Below, piece by piece: positions 19,217-28,975 of a stretch of 64,000 nucleotides of DNA. The DNA is from Candidatus Latescibacterota bacterium (lineage in GTDB: Bacteria > Latescibacterota > UBA2968 > UBA8231), in NCBI GenBank assembly GCA_965248355.1, contig OZ252098.1, forward strand, positions 960,001-1,024,000, given 5' to 3'. The notes beneath the pieces are model-generated. The model was not told the origin of the DNA, searched no databases, and saw only the letters and a program-made list of their open reading frames with translations. Position 1 is the first letter of the stretch. The number at the start of each line of letters is the position of its first letter. The translations under genes and the position numbers were made by a program.

Positions 19217-20767
19217 CTATGGCCGGCGACGGAAGCAGCGACGGCTCAGCAGGACCCAGGCCCCCAGAGCAACACCGCTGAGCAGGAACACCCAATCGCC
19301 CCGACGGGTGTAGGGGGTGGTTTCCCCTCGCGGATACACGCTCGCGACGATGGTATCCGTCTCGAGCAGCCGTGTCCTCTCCCGGATTCGACCGCTGGCT
19401 TCCACGACACATGAGATCCCGGTGTTGGCCGCTCGCAGGACCGGGCGGCCTGTCTCCACGGCGCGCAGCACGGCCATGGCCAGATGCTGCCTCGGGGCCG
19501 CGGAGGTCCCGAACCAGGCGTCGTTCGTGGTGTTCACCAAGAGCGTGGCCCCCCGCACCGCGAGAGTACGGGGGATCGACGGGAAGATCGATTCATAGCA
19601 GATGAAGACGCCCAGCCGGGCCTCCGCTCCCGGTATCTGCAGGACCTGGTGGTCTTCTCCCGGGTCGAACCGTCCACTGTGGACGGTCAGCGCTTCGAGG
19701 TAGCCGAACAGCCATGGAAGAGGCAGGAACTCGCCGAAGGGCACCAAGTGGACCTTGTCCGCCGAACCGACCACGGTCCCGCTCCGGTCGGTGAGGAAGG
19801 ACCGGTTGTAGAGTCCGGGCCGTCCCGAAGGGGAGATGGATCCGAGGCTGCCCACCAGCAAGGGAGTGTCGGTCTCGCGGGCGAGCTGCTGGATCTGCAG
19901 GCGGTGGTCCCGGTGGCCCTCCGCGTCAAGGCGGAAGGGGAGGGCCGTCTCCGGCCAGAGGATGAGATCCAGGGGGCCCTCCTCCTGCACCAACCCCCGG
20001 GTCAGCCCGCTGTAGTGGTCGGTCGCCGAGCGGACCCCCGGCCCCAGCCACTTCTCGCCCTGGGGGATGTTTCCCTGCACGATGCCGATCCGCAGGGCCT
20101 CTGCGCGCGTCTCGGACTGGAGGCGATCGAGCCGGTCGAGTCCAAAGATCAGCGAGATCAGCAGAAGGCCTCCCGCCATGGCGGGAGAGCGGACCCTGGC
20201 GGAGGGCTGGACGATCGCCTGGGAGGCCACCGCGTTGACGAGGACGATGAGGAAGGTGATTCCGTGGACGCCAGTCACCGCCGCCAGCTGGGTCAAAGCC
20301 GGGTAGCGATACTGGGTGTAGCCCAGTAGCTCCCAGGGGAACCCGCTGAGCATCCACGTCTGCACCCAATCCAGAAGCGTCCACAGGCAGGCGGTCAGCC
20401 ATGGCCAGCCGTGCGAGGACCTCGGCAGGTGCCGGCACAGCAGCAGGAAGAGCGTGGGATACGCCGCCAGGTACAGGATGAGGAACGCCGCCGTCAACCA
20501 GGCGAGAGGAGGACCGAGACCGCCGTAGAGCTGCAGGGTCTCGGCGACCCAGTAGACGCGTCCAGCGCCGGAGACCAGACCGAAGGAAAGGCCGGCCAGA
20601 GCAGCCTGCCGGGTGGGAAGCGGAAGACCCCGCCTGCCTCGGAGCACGAGGAGGAGGCAGGGGATCAGGCACCCCCATGCGACCCACCCCTGATCGGCCT
20701 TGGGCAGAGCCAGGCAGTACAGCAGGCCGCTGCCGGCGCCAACGAGGACGCTGACGCCGGAGGACAC
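19217..20767 (-). CDS. lnt: Apolipoprotein N-acyltransferase
   Basis: GFPWELLGYTQ, VQGNIP, WPE, KVHLVPFGE, ICYE, TNDAWFG (E-K-C triad). Confidence 0.95.
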   Translation of the reverse strand: MSSGVSVLVGAGSGLLYCLALPKADQGWVAWGCLIPCLLLVLRGRRGLPLPTRQAALAGLSFGLVSGAGRVYWVAETLQLYGGLGPPLAWLTAAFLILYLAAYPTLFLLLCRHLPRSSHGWPWLTACLWTLLDWVQTWMLSGFPWELLGYTQYRYPALTQLAAVTGVHGITFLIVLVNAVASQAIVQPSARVRSPAMAGGLLLISLIFGLDRLDRLQSETRAEALRIGIVQGNIPQGEKWLGPGVRSATDHYSGLTRGLVQEEGPLDLILWPETALPFRLDAEGHRDHRLQIQQLARETDTPLLVGSLGSISPSGRPGLYNRSFLTDRSGTVVGSADKVHLVPFGEFLPLPWLFGYLEALTVHSGRFDPGEDHQVLQIPGAEARLGVFICYESIFPSIPRTLAVRGATLLVNTTNDAWFGTSAAPRQHLAMAVLRAVETGRPVLRAANTGISCVVEASGRIRERTRLLETDTIVASVYPRGETTPYTRRGDWVFLLSGVALGAWVLLSRRCFRRRP

Positions 20768-21096
20768 TACAACTCCAGATAGTCGACCAGAGGCTGGCGC
20801 AGCTTTTCCAGGGCGCCGCCCTCGAGATCCCGGACCTCCTGGCGGGACAGGCGCAGACGGGAAGCGACGGCGCCGGGAGAGCGTTTCTGCTGGTAGCGCA
20901 GCTTCACCACCGTGAGTTCCTGAGGGGTGAGCCTCTCCAGAGCGCCTGAGACGATCCGGCGCAGCTCCTGGCTCTCCACTCGATCGAGGGGTGATTCGGG
21001 CAGAAGAAGGGCGATGAACCGTTCGTCGAGGGGCACCCGGCCGGTGAGCTCGGCACCCGTAGGCGGATCCTGGGAGATGCGGTCAAATCTCGACAT
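20767..21096 (-). CDS. Small protein consisting mainly of a sigma-70 region 4 HTH
   Basis: ALERLTPQELTVVKLRY...VASRLRLSRQEVRDLEGGALEKLR; AGGAG RBS; stop overlaps the lnt start. Confidence 0.75.
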   Translation of the reverse strand: MSRFDRISQDPPTGAELTGRVPLDERFIALLLPESPLDRVESQELRRIVSGALERLTPQELTVVKLRYQQKRSPGAVASRLRLSRQEVRDLEGGALEKLRQPLVDYLEL

Positions 21097-21112
21097 GTCT
21101 CTCCTGCAGGCA

Positions 21113-21147
21113 ATAAAAAATCAGGGAGCTGAAGCCGGCTCCCTGAT
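21113..21147 (-). terminator. Intrinsic terminator
   Basis: Minus strand ATCAGGGAGCC-ggcttc-AGCTCCCTGAT followed by TTTTTAT. Confidence 0.75.
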
Positions 21148-21414
21148 CGATTTGGCAGGCCGACCGCAACCCTCTTCATAACCACTCACCGGCAGGCCCT
21201 GGAGAATCAACTCCTTGTATTTTAAGGACTTATGAAAATCCGGGCCGTTGCGCGGAGGAGGAAGCGGGGTTGAGGCCAATTTCCCTTTCCCCTCAAAGTC
21301 GGCAAAAGCGGAAGCGGGGTCAAGACGACTTCCGCTCTTCGGGGGTCGATCAGCAGCTGTTTGGGTGGACGTGGGATCTCCCAGTAACGTGAATTCCTGT
21401 TGATGGTCAGCCCG

Positions 21415-21590
21415 GGCAGGGCCATGTCCCATGGATCATCTAATCCTGTGATCAGGACTTCGGGACTCGAGTCCGACCAGTAGACTCTATCGTGGGTCTC
21501 GTCCGGTTCCTGAGCGTAACTGATACCCATAAAGCCAAAGGCCCATGTCAATACCAAAAAAATGACGTTTCGACAGGCACTATATCGTCC
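21415..21590 (-). pseudogene. Fragment of a secreted YWTD/LDL-receptor-class-B-like repeat protein
   Basis: Signal-peptide-like VIFLVLTWAFGFMGISYA-QE then DRVYWSD...VLITGLDDPWDMAL; no credible start or continuation. Confidence 0.35.
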
Positions 21591-21883
21591 CTAAGAGGGC
21601 GTCCGGCGAGGGCCTCCCAGGGGCGTGCACCCGGTTTGCCCGGGTATCTGCTACGGGTTGAAGCGCCTGACGAAGCGTTCACTCTCTATGGCGAAATTTG
21701 GATGAAGGGGGGGGATCGGTCGGAGACAGACGGGAGTCCAGAAGTAAGCTAAAGCGTGAAAAACACTCAGTTGCGCAGACTAGGCGTGGGGGAAACTTTT
21801 TTCGAAATTTCTTCCAGAGGCCCAGCGAAAATTCGCTGAGAGGGGTCAGGAGGGACCGCTTGGCTCGCGGGCCGGGCGGGGCA

Positions 21884-21925
<42 letters not shown>

Positions 21926-22267
21926 TTCAGAATCGAGACCCCGTGGGGCGATGGGGAGGACATCCCTCGCTCCGGGAGCGGGGAACGGCAAGGCGGTCCT
22001 GGACGCACCCGCGCTGCCTGTGCTGACCCCGGTGGGTCCCGCTCAACCGGTCCTGAAAGGGCCAAAGCGGACGCTTGGGGGCGTTGTATAAGGTGGGAAC
22101 AGCTTTGCCTTTGACGATTTCCGTTAGACCGGCCTGCGAATCGACCGCCGGGTACGGAAGGCCGTAGCTGGTGCTACGATGACCTCTCAAGCAAGAAGTG
22201 GTAGGGTTGGACGCCCATCTGAGAGCCAGTGGGACACGGGCTTCCGGGCGCCACGCCACTCGTCGAT

Positions 22268-22296
22268 TTGACAAGAGTTATCTGTTGGCCTATATT
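22268..22296 (+). promoter_or_regulatory. Sigma-70-type promoter of the protease gene
   Basis: TTGACA-17 nt-TATATT. Confidence 0.75.
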
Positions 22297-22344
22297 CATA
22301 TCACTTTTTCACTTTTTGCAATCCCTAAACAAAGAGAGCCCCCA

Positions 22345-22470
22345 AATCGTCGGCATATCTACAGTAAATGGCCGGCGCAAGCCCCAGGGGCCCAAGCTCG
22401 CGGGGCAAGGGTAGCTCGGCCGTTAGTTGGGACCCTAATCATTTTCATGCGTGGGCTTTAGGTTTTATTT
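22345..22470 (+). promoter_or_regulatory. Candidate degenerate c-di-GMP-I (GEMM) riboswitch with a terminator-like expression platform
   Basis: GGCATA...GGCGCAAGCCCCAGGGGCCCAAG...CAAGGGTAGCTCGGCCG resembles the GEMM-I pattern; CCTAA...TTAGG-TTTTATTT downstream. Confidence 0.4.
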
Positions 22471-22504
22471 CACAAGGCCGAACCGAGGCTAAACGGGAGG
22501 TAGT

Positions 22505-23890
22505 ATGGAGATGAGATATCGAAATTCGAGCATAGTGTGGGTATGGACGATTTGCCTACCCTTACTGGTTGCATCTGGGTTGTGGGCGAGTATTCGTCGT
22601 CCGCCGCCGCCCGAAGAGATTGTGGCTCAATCAGAGCGAACCGTGTTAGCCAAGGTATTGGGCAAGGAGACGGTTGATGATGGAGCGAATGTCTATACCC
22701 GTACCCACTTACGAGTTCTCTGGGATATGACTCACGCCGCGGGGAGGGGTGGAGAGCAGGATTTGGCGGACACCGAAATCTCTGTCGTGGCTGGACTGGG
22801 GTCGTAAACGGTTGGATTACGGGTTTAAGTCCTGCGATATTCTGGAAGAACGAAGTAGTGGTTGTCTCTCTTGAGCTATTGGGAGATGACGACGAGGTGG
22901 AGATGTATCACAACGGGGTCGACATATTTGAAGACTTTTTTTGGGGAATGGCACGTTGTGCATGGAAGGGGAGGTAAGATTGGGTTCAATAGGCATGCAA
23001 GAGATCCACGAGAAGAAGCAAAGCCGATGCGCGATGTAGACTGGCAGCGTCTGGTGGATCACTCGGCCCGAGTGCTGACTTGGTTGGGTGTTGAATCGGA
23101 CGCGGCGATTTCAACGGCGAAACAACACCTTCGGACTTTGCGTCCGCAGCTACCACCGTCAGGGAAGATTCTACAAAGTGGCCCACAAATAACGGGCATG
23201 TCGCCAACCACCATTCCTGCTGGGACGGATTCAGTAGTGACCTTGACCGGTAGTAATTTCGGCACAAGTGAGGGTACGGTTCAGCTTTTTGCCCTGCCCA
23301 ACCCGGATGAATGGGCTGAACTTTTTGACGACGAAGTCCTATCTTGGACCGATACCCTGATAACCTTCGCACCCCCCTCTGATTTGTACGGCTCTAGTGC
23401 ATCTGGATACTCCCCATTCCCGAGTAGTGGAAGAGTTGTTATCGAGACGACTTCATCCCAGACGGACACAAGCAGCCAAGTACTAAATATCAAGTATAAC
23501 TACGTTACTCGCATCTGGGCGGACAGTTCAATCCCAATGGTATATCGTATGAACAGCAATGGGACTGCGGACTGTACAGGAGAATTTGCTGCGGTGGAGG
23601 CAGCGTTTGACACTTGGCAAGATATCGGTAGGTCCTATATGACCTATGAGCGCGGTCCGGACACCACCCTCACAACGCAAGCGGCGGACGGGGTAAACCT
23701 GGTCGTCTGGGAGGATTTAGGTTCGGATGGGCCCATTGCACGTCTCCGGCCTTGGAATTATCCTATTACCGAGGTGGATATTACATTTAATGATTATTTC
23801 AATTGGACGACCTCTGGACAAACGGGTCGGTTTGATGTCCAAAATGTGGCTACGCATGAGATAGGTCATACTCTTCTTCTTGGGGATCTC
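22505..23890 (+). pseudogene. Secreted metalloprotease (prodomain + IPT/TIG + matrixin/M10-like), two frameshifts and truncated by IS256
   Basis: Signal peptide; PQITGMSPTT...VTLTGSNFG IPT; EVDITFN...FDVQNVATHEIGHTLLLGD; middle segment 22801-22940 reads in another frame. Confidence 0.8.
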
Positions 23891-25316
23891 GGGCAAGTCC
23901 CATTTTCAGTTGAAACGTAGCCCAGGCTCGAGTGGATGAGTCAGCCCGTCATCGCGAGCTGTTTGAGGCCGAGTTCGGCTTGGAGCGCTTGTCGGAGCAT
24001 CGGCAGGTGGTGGTAACCGTTGATCCGGCGCAGGCGAGGTTCGATGTCGAGCAACGCCGTGGCGACCCAGCGGTGACGCTGCGACGAGTTGGTCCAGCGC
24101 CGCACGTTGTGCGTCAACTGCTCCAGGAGACTGTTGACGTTCTCGATACAGTTGGTGGTACGGAAGGAGGCCTTCAGCATCGGCATCAGGCCCAGGCGGT
24201 GGAGCGTGAGGGTTTCTTGCTGGCCTTCCTCCAAGCTGCGCAGGGCCGACTGGTTCATCAACTGCAACCCCGGTTTCAGCGCCTCCAGGGCGGCTTGGGC
24301 CTCCTCGTACGTCGAGTGCCCATACGCCGCTTCCAGCTTTCGACGAACGCCGCCCTGCTCGCTCTTGGGCAGGTACGAGACCACGTTCTGGCGCTTGTGA
24401 TACTGGCATCGCTGCACGCAGGCATGGCCCTGGAGCACCGACCGCACTGCCTTGTACAGGCCCTTGCCTCCATCGATCACCACGAGCAGCCCGGCCTCGT
24501 ATTGCAGGCCCCGCTCGACCAGCTCCGCCAGGAAGCGACGACAGACGCGCTCGTTCTCGGTCGCCGCCTGCACGAAACCCAGAGGGATCTTGTGTCCTTC
24601 CACAGTGACGCCCAGGGCGATGAGGATTTCCTCGTCGGCAAAGCTCTTGCCGTCCAGAAACAGCGCCACCAGGTCGTAGCCTTCCAGGGATCGCTGCTGG
24701 AATTCGGCCAGCTTGCGCGCCGTGCCTTTCACATACCGGCGAGAGACCGAGGAACGGGACAGACCGAAGGCTTGCGGGACGGTCTCGGCGCAGGCCTCGT
24801 AGTTGCGCGTGGCCAGGCCCTTCAGCACCCGCAACAACAGCCCCTGATCCATCTGCCTCGGCGTCTGCAGGGCCTGGTAGGCCTCCAGCGGGACCTCGGT
24901 GCCGCGGACCACATCGCGCACGCGCGGCACCTCGACCGGCAGTTTCTGATCGCCCAGGTACACCGACCCGGCCTGCGCCCCCCAGCGGCGCAACGGCTGA
25001 TCCGGCCCCTTGCGCTGATACCGAGGTCCGGCCAGGGCCTCCACGCCCCGTCGCAGCTCCTCCCCAACCGCCTGCAGCCCCAGGGGGATCAGCAGCTGGA
25101 TGATCTCGATGCGAGTCTCCAGATCGTCCATCGACGCGGTGGCTTGGCGGTTCACGGGGCCGATGGTCACGGTCCGTTTGACGCCCCTTTTCCGTGCTTG
25201 TAGCTTGCTCATGGCAGGCTCCTTGGGTTACCGAATACGAGGCTTCTTGGCGATTTCTCGTATCAAACGTAACGATGGGAGCCTGTGTTATTTCAACTAA
25301 GATCGGGACAATGCCC
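23891..25316 (-). mobile_element. IS256-family insertion sequence
   Basis: Imperfect terminal inverted repeats GGGCAAGTCCCATTTTCAGTTGAAA / revcomp GGGCATTGTCCCGATCTTAGTTGAAA flanking a single transposase. Confidence 0.9.
23941..25212 (-). CDS. IS256/Mutator-family transposase
   Basis: LFLDG, VVIDGGKGL, VQRCQYHK, RTTNCIENVN. Confidence 0.93.
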   Translation of the reverse strand: MSKLQARKRGVKRTVTIGPVNRQATASMDDLETRIEIIQLLIPLGLQAVGEELRRGVEALAGPRYQRKGPDQPLRRWGAQAGSVYLGDQKLPVEVPRVRDVVRGTEVPLEAYQALQTPRQMDQGLLLRVLKGLATRNYEACAETVPQAFGLSRSSVSRRYVKGTARKLAEFQQRSLEGYDLVALFLDGKSFADEEILIALGVTVEGHKIPLGFVQAATENERVCRRFLAELVERGLQYEAGLLVVIDGGKGLYKAVRSVLQGHACVQRCQYHKRQNVVSYLPKSEQGGVRRKLEAAYGHSTYEEAQAALEALKPGLQLMNQSALRSLEEGQQETLTLHRLGLMPMLKASFRTTNCIENVNSLLEQLTHNVRRWTNSSQRHRWVATALLDIEPRLRRINGYHHLPMLRQALQAELGLKQLAMTG

Positions 25317-26197
25317 GCTTTTCCCGCTTGCGGGTGTAGGTGTGCGCCATGCCGGTCTCGCAGGGCGTGCAGTAGAGCAGGCCGTTGAGCAGCGCCCCGT
25401 ACTTGTTGCGCACCTCTTGTCCGCCCGCCAGGCCGTTTCTTCGCAGGGTCTGCTGCACCTGCTGCCACAGATCGGGATCGACGATGGCGTCGTGTTCGCC
25501 CTCGTAGAGCGCGCCTTCGAACCGCACCTTGCCGGTGTAGAGCGCGTTGGTGAGGAGCCGGTACAACCCGTTCTTGGTGAAGGGCTTGCCGCCACACTCG
25601 TGGCCGTCCCTGGTGATCCAGCGCTTGGTGCCCCAGCCACGGCGGTCGAGCTCTCGGATCACGGGGATGGCGGCCTGGTATTCCAGATAAAGCTGGTAGA
25701 TCGTGTGCACCTGCGCCGCCTCCTCCGGGTTGACGAAACCGACGGCCTTCCGGAGCCACGTCGTAGCCCAGCACGGGCCGGCCTCCGATCCACTTTCCTT
25801 TACGCCGCGCCGCCGACACCTTGTCCTTGATGCGCTCGGAGATGATCTCGCGCTCGAACTGGGCGAACGAAAGGAGGCGATCCACCTTGTAGACCACCAC
25901 GCAGTCGACCTGGCCGGCTTCGATGTCGGCGCACAGGCGCTCGAGGGCGGGGCGCTGCATGTTGCCGCCGGTGAAGCCGCCGTCGTCGTAGCGGTCGGGC
26001 AGGCAGATCCAGCCCTCGGAGCGTTGACTGGCGATGTAGGCTTCGGCCGATTCCCGCTGGGCGTCGAGGCTGTTGAACTCCTGGTCGAGCTCCTCGTCGG
26101 TGGACTTGCGCGTGTAGATGGCGCAGCGGAGGGCGCCGTTTAGAATCGAGGCCGGCGCCGCTTGGGTCGCCCGGGCTGGGTGGAGGGTTCCGTTCAT
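25317..26197 (-). pseudogene. Large serine recombinase remnant
   Basis: RCAIYTRKST, NSLDAQRE, RPAL, VVYKVDRL joined directly to LSFAQFERE; frameshift near 25737; cut by IS256 in the zinc-ribbon region (CTPC). Confidence 0.88.
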
Positions 26198-26724
26198 GCG
26201 CTCACCTCCTCGTGCGTGCGCCGGCTCGCCGGGGAGTCGCCACCGGTCAGCCTGAAGAACAGGAACCCGTTCCATTTGCTGCCGGTGACTTCCCTGGCGA
26301 TGGCGGACAGAGACGGGTAGCGCCGGTTTTCGAACTCGAAGCCCTCGTCGAGGACTTTGACCGCGATGTCGAGGCCCCGAAACGTCCGAGCCAGCAGCGT
26401 GCCGGGCAGCGGCAGCCGGGGGTCTCGCGAGGGCGGGATGCGTCTCTTCGCGGTTCGTGCCCTGACCTGGGCCGAGCCCGGCTTGATCGGGTCACGCGGG
26501 GGGCGCTGCCGCAGATCGGCGTCGTTGGCCAGTTCCTTGGCCCGCCGCCGGGCGCGCTCGGACAGGTCGCCCTCGGCCACCGCCTGCAGGCGCCAGGCGA
26601 TGCGCTTTGCGCAGAAACGCCTTGTGGTTGGAGCGGGTTTCCTCGCCGAACACGTCGAGGTATTCCTCCCGGAGCTGGCCCAACGTCATGCGGGACAGCG
26701 CCTGACGAAGTCCTCCGGATTCAT
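26194..26724 (-). pseudogene. DUF2924-family protein, frameshifted
   Basis: LREEYLDVFGEE...RIAWRLQA...GTLLAR...YPSLSAIAREVTGSKWNGFLFF; frame changes near 26705 and 26606; ATGA overlap with the recombinase. Confidence 0.82.
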
Positions 26725-27452
26725 GGGGCCCCGGGCGGGCGGTCTATCCGCCGCGCCCTCTCGGGGCGTTAACCGTGTTCATGAATGAGGCCCTTCGATC
26801 TCCCGAACAGTCAAGGCAATTCTCCCGTAACCGCCTGATAATATTCGGCTTTTTCGGTATTCTCCCCGGATTCTGGCGCCATCTGGGGGCTTCTCTGCAG
26901 GCGCAGGTATCGGGGATGGGCGCGAGGGTGGGCATCCGCTCCTCCTTTGCGGCCGGTGTGCCGCTGCTGGCAGAAAACCAGGGGAGGGGGACGTCGCGGA
27001 TGCCGGGGGACGGAACGGTCGCGGGGAGCCCGTTGGAGCCCCGCTCGACATCGCAAGCGCGATGCCGCCGGCACCCACAGCGGGCTCCGTGCTCCTGGCC
27101 GCTGCCGCTGTCTGGTGATCAGCCGAACCCCAGTGGTCCGGCTTCGCGTAGATACTACCGGAGCGGGTTAGGAAACGTCGACATCGGTCGACCGAGTGCC
27201 ACGAGAGCGTTAAACAAGGCGGAGTGATGAACGGAGAATGGGAGAATCAGGAAGTGAGATTTCGGACATCCGAGCGCAACCCCCACGGTTGCACTCGGAT
27301 ACCGAGCGGCTCGTTTCAAAACGGAGAATCGGGGAGGATGTGCCCAGCGGCGCAAGTGCTTGAAAGAGCGCCAGATACGACAAGCCCCCGAGGGGGTGAT
27401 CCTCCGGGGCTCGCGTTAACCAACAAACCGCCAAAGTTAGCGGTTGGAAATT

Positions 27453-27529
<77 letters not shown>

Positions 27530-27539
27530 ACACGTATGG

Positions 27540-27567
27540 AATATACGCTCTCCAGGGGCGAATGCAA
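27540..27567 (-). promoter_or_regulatory. Promoter of tRNA-fMet
   Basis: TTGCAT-16 nt-TATATT ending 10 nt before the tRNA. Confidence 0.6.
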
Positions 27568-27576
27568 CCCCCAGGT

Positions 27577-28917
27577 TTACCCCTGCGATGCCGTAGAGGC
27601 CTCGGTCCGGGCGCTCCCCCCGTTCGGGCGCCGCTTCATCTGCACCTGCGAGATTCGCTGCCCATCGACAGCCAGGATCGTAATCTCGAAGCCGGGGACG
27701 AGGATGGACTGCCCCGGGTCGGGCACATGGCCCAGGTGGTCATAGATGAAGCCGCCCAAGGTGTCGAAACCGTCGCTCGGAAGATCGGAGGCCAGGAGCT
27801 CGTTCAGTTCCTCGATGTTGATGCGCGGGTTGACCACCAGCACCTCGTCCGGCTGCCAGTGGTACAGGGTCTCCTCGGCATCGTACTCGTCCTGCAGCTC
27901 GCCGACGATCTCCTCCACCAGGTCCTCCGTGGTCACCAGGCCGGCCGTGCCGCCGTATTCATCCACGACGATGGCCAGCCGGGTTCGGGCCTGGCGGAGG
28001 TCGCGAAGCAACTGGTCGATTTTCCTGGTCTCGGGCACGTAGAAGGGTTCGTGCAACAGCTGAAGCCCCTTGCCGTCGCTGGTAGGGATCTCGTCCAGGA
28101 GGAGACGCATGGGAGAGTCCCCGTTGACGGGGCTCGGCATCCCCAGAAGCTGCAAGAGATCCTTGGCGTAGAGGATGCCCCGGATCGAGTCGAGGGACTC
28201 CTGGTAGACGGGGACCCGGGAGTGGCCCTGGTCACGGATCGTGTTCAGCAGGTCCGCCACGGTTCCGTTCATCTCCACGGCGGTGATATCGACCCTTGGG
28301 ACCATCACCTCGCGAACCACGCGGTCGTGGAAGCCGAAGACGCCCTGGATCATGTCTCGCTCCCCCTCGTCCAACACCCCGGTCTCGCCTTCCGAATCGA
28401 CCAGGCTGCGCAACTCCTCTTCCTTTTCCGCCTTGAACTCCTCGTCGGAATAGTCGGCGGCGGCGAGGCGTTGCACGACAGCGGCCAAAGGGCCGAGAAG
28501 GAGATGCATGGGGACGTACAGAAGGGTCAGAGCCGGGATCCTGGGATCCTCGCCTTCGACCTCGAAACGGACGCGGCGCGCAGTGGAGGCGGCGAGAAGG
28601 CAGAGCGAGACGACGGCGATGGCTGTTACCCCCAGGGCCGACCATTCGACGTCGAGCTGGGAGCGAAGCAGGAAGTACAGGGACAGGGTCAGGACGGCGG
28701 CGCAGAACCCCTGACCGAGGCGGGAGATCAGCAGCAGCCGGTGGCGCGGCTCGTGGACACGCAGCATCAGGGGGGCGCGAGGCACCCCGGCGTCTCTCAT
28801 CTTCTCCAAGGAGGACCGTGAAAGGACGCCGAAGGTCGCCTCGTAGCTGGCGAGGACAAAGAGCGCCGCAGAAGAGAGGATGGTCAGCGCGAGTTCAGCG
28901 ATTTGGGGAGGTTCCAA
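27577..28917 (-). CDS. Hemolysin/CNNM-CBS-CorC family protein
   Basis: N-terminal TM region, VREVMVPR, HSRVPVY, AIVVDEYGGTAGLVTTEDLVEEIVGE, DTLGG; TTG start (28917 or 28932). Confidence 0.9.
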   Translation of the reverse strand: MEPPQIAELALTILSSAALFVLASYEATFGVLSRSSLEKMRDAGVPRAPLMLRVHEPRHRLLLISRLGQGFCAAVLTLSLYFLLRSQLDVEWSALGVTAIAVVSLCLLAASTARRVRFEVEGEDPRIPALTLLYVPMHLLLGPLAAVVQRLAAADYSDEEFKAEKEEELRSLVDSEGETGVLDEGERDMIQGVFGFHDRVVREVMVPRVDITAVEMNGTVADLLNTIRDQGHSRVPVYQESLDSIRGILYAKDLLQLLGMPSPVNGDSPMRLLLDEIPTSDGKGLQLLHEPFYVPETRKIDQLLRDLRQARTRLAIVVDEYGGTAGLVTTEDLVEEIVGELQDEYDAEETLYHWQPDEVLVVNPRINIEELNELLASDLPSDGFDTLGGFIYDHLGHVPDPGQSILVPGFEITILAVDGQRISQVQMKRRPNGGSARTEASTASQG

Positions 28918-28975
28918 GAATGGGCTCTCCAACTCCTTTCTGAAAAACAACCTGCCAGGGCTGTCGAGGAAGTCA

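Noticed and set aside
21260..21320. GGAAGCGGGGT direct repeat as the att duplicate of the tRNA 3' end
   Set aside because: Only loosely similar to TGGTAGCGGGGG and too short to support
23906..26275. 789-aa ORF starting with a recombinase domain
   Set aside because: Only the first ~150 recombinase codons are protein-like; the rest is out-of-frame read-through across the frameshift and IS256
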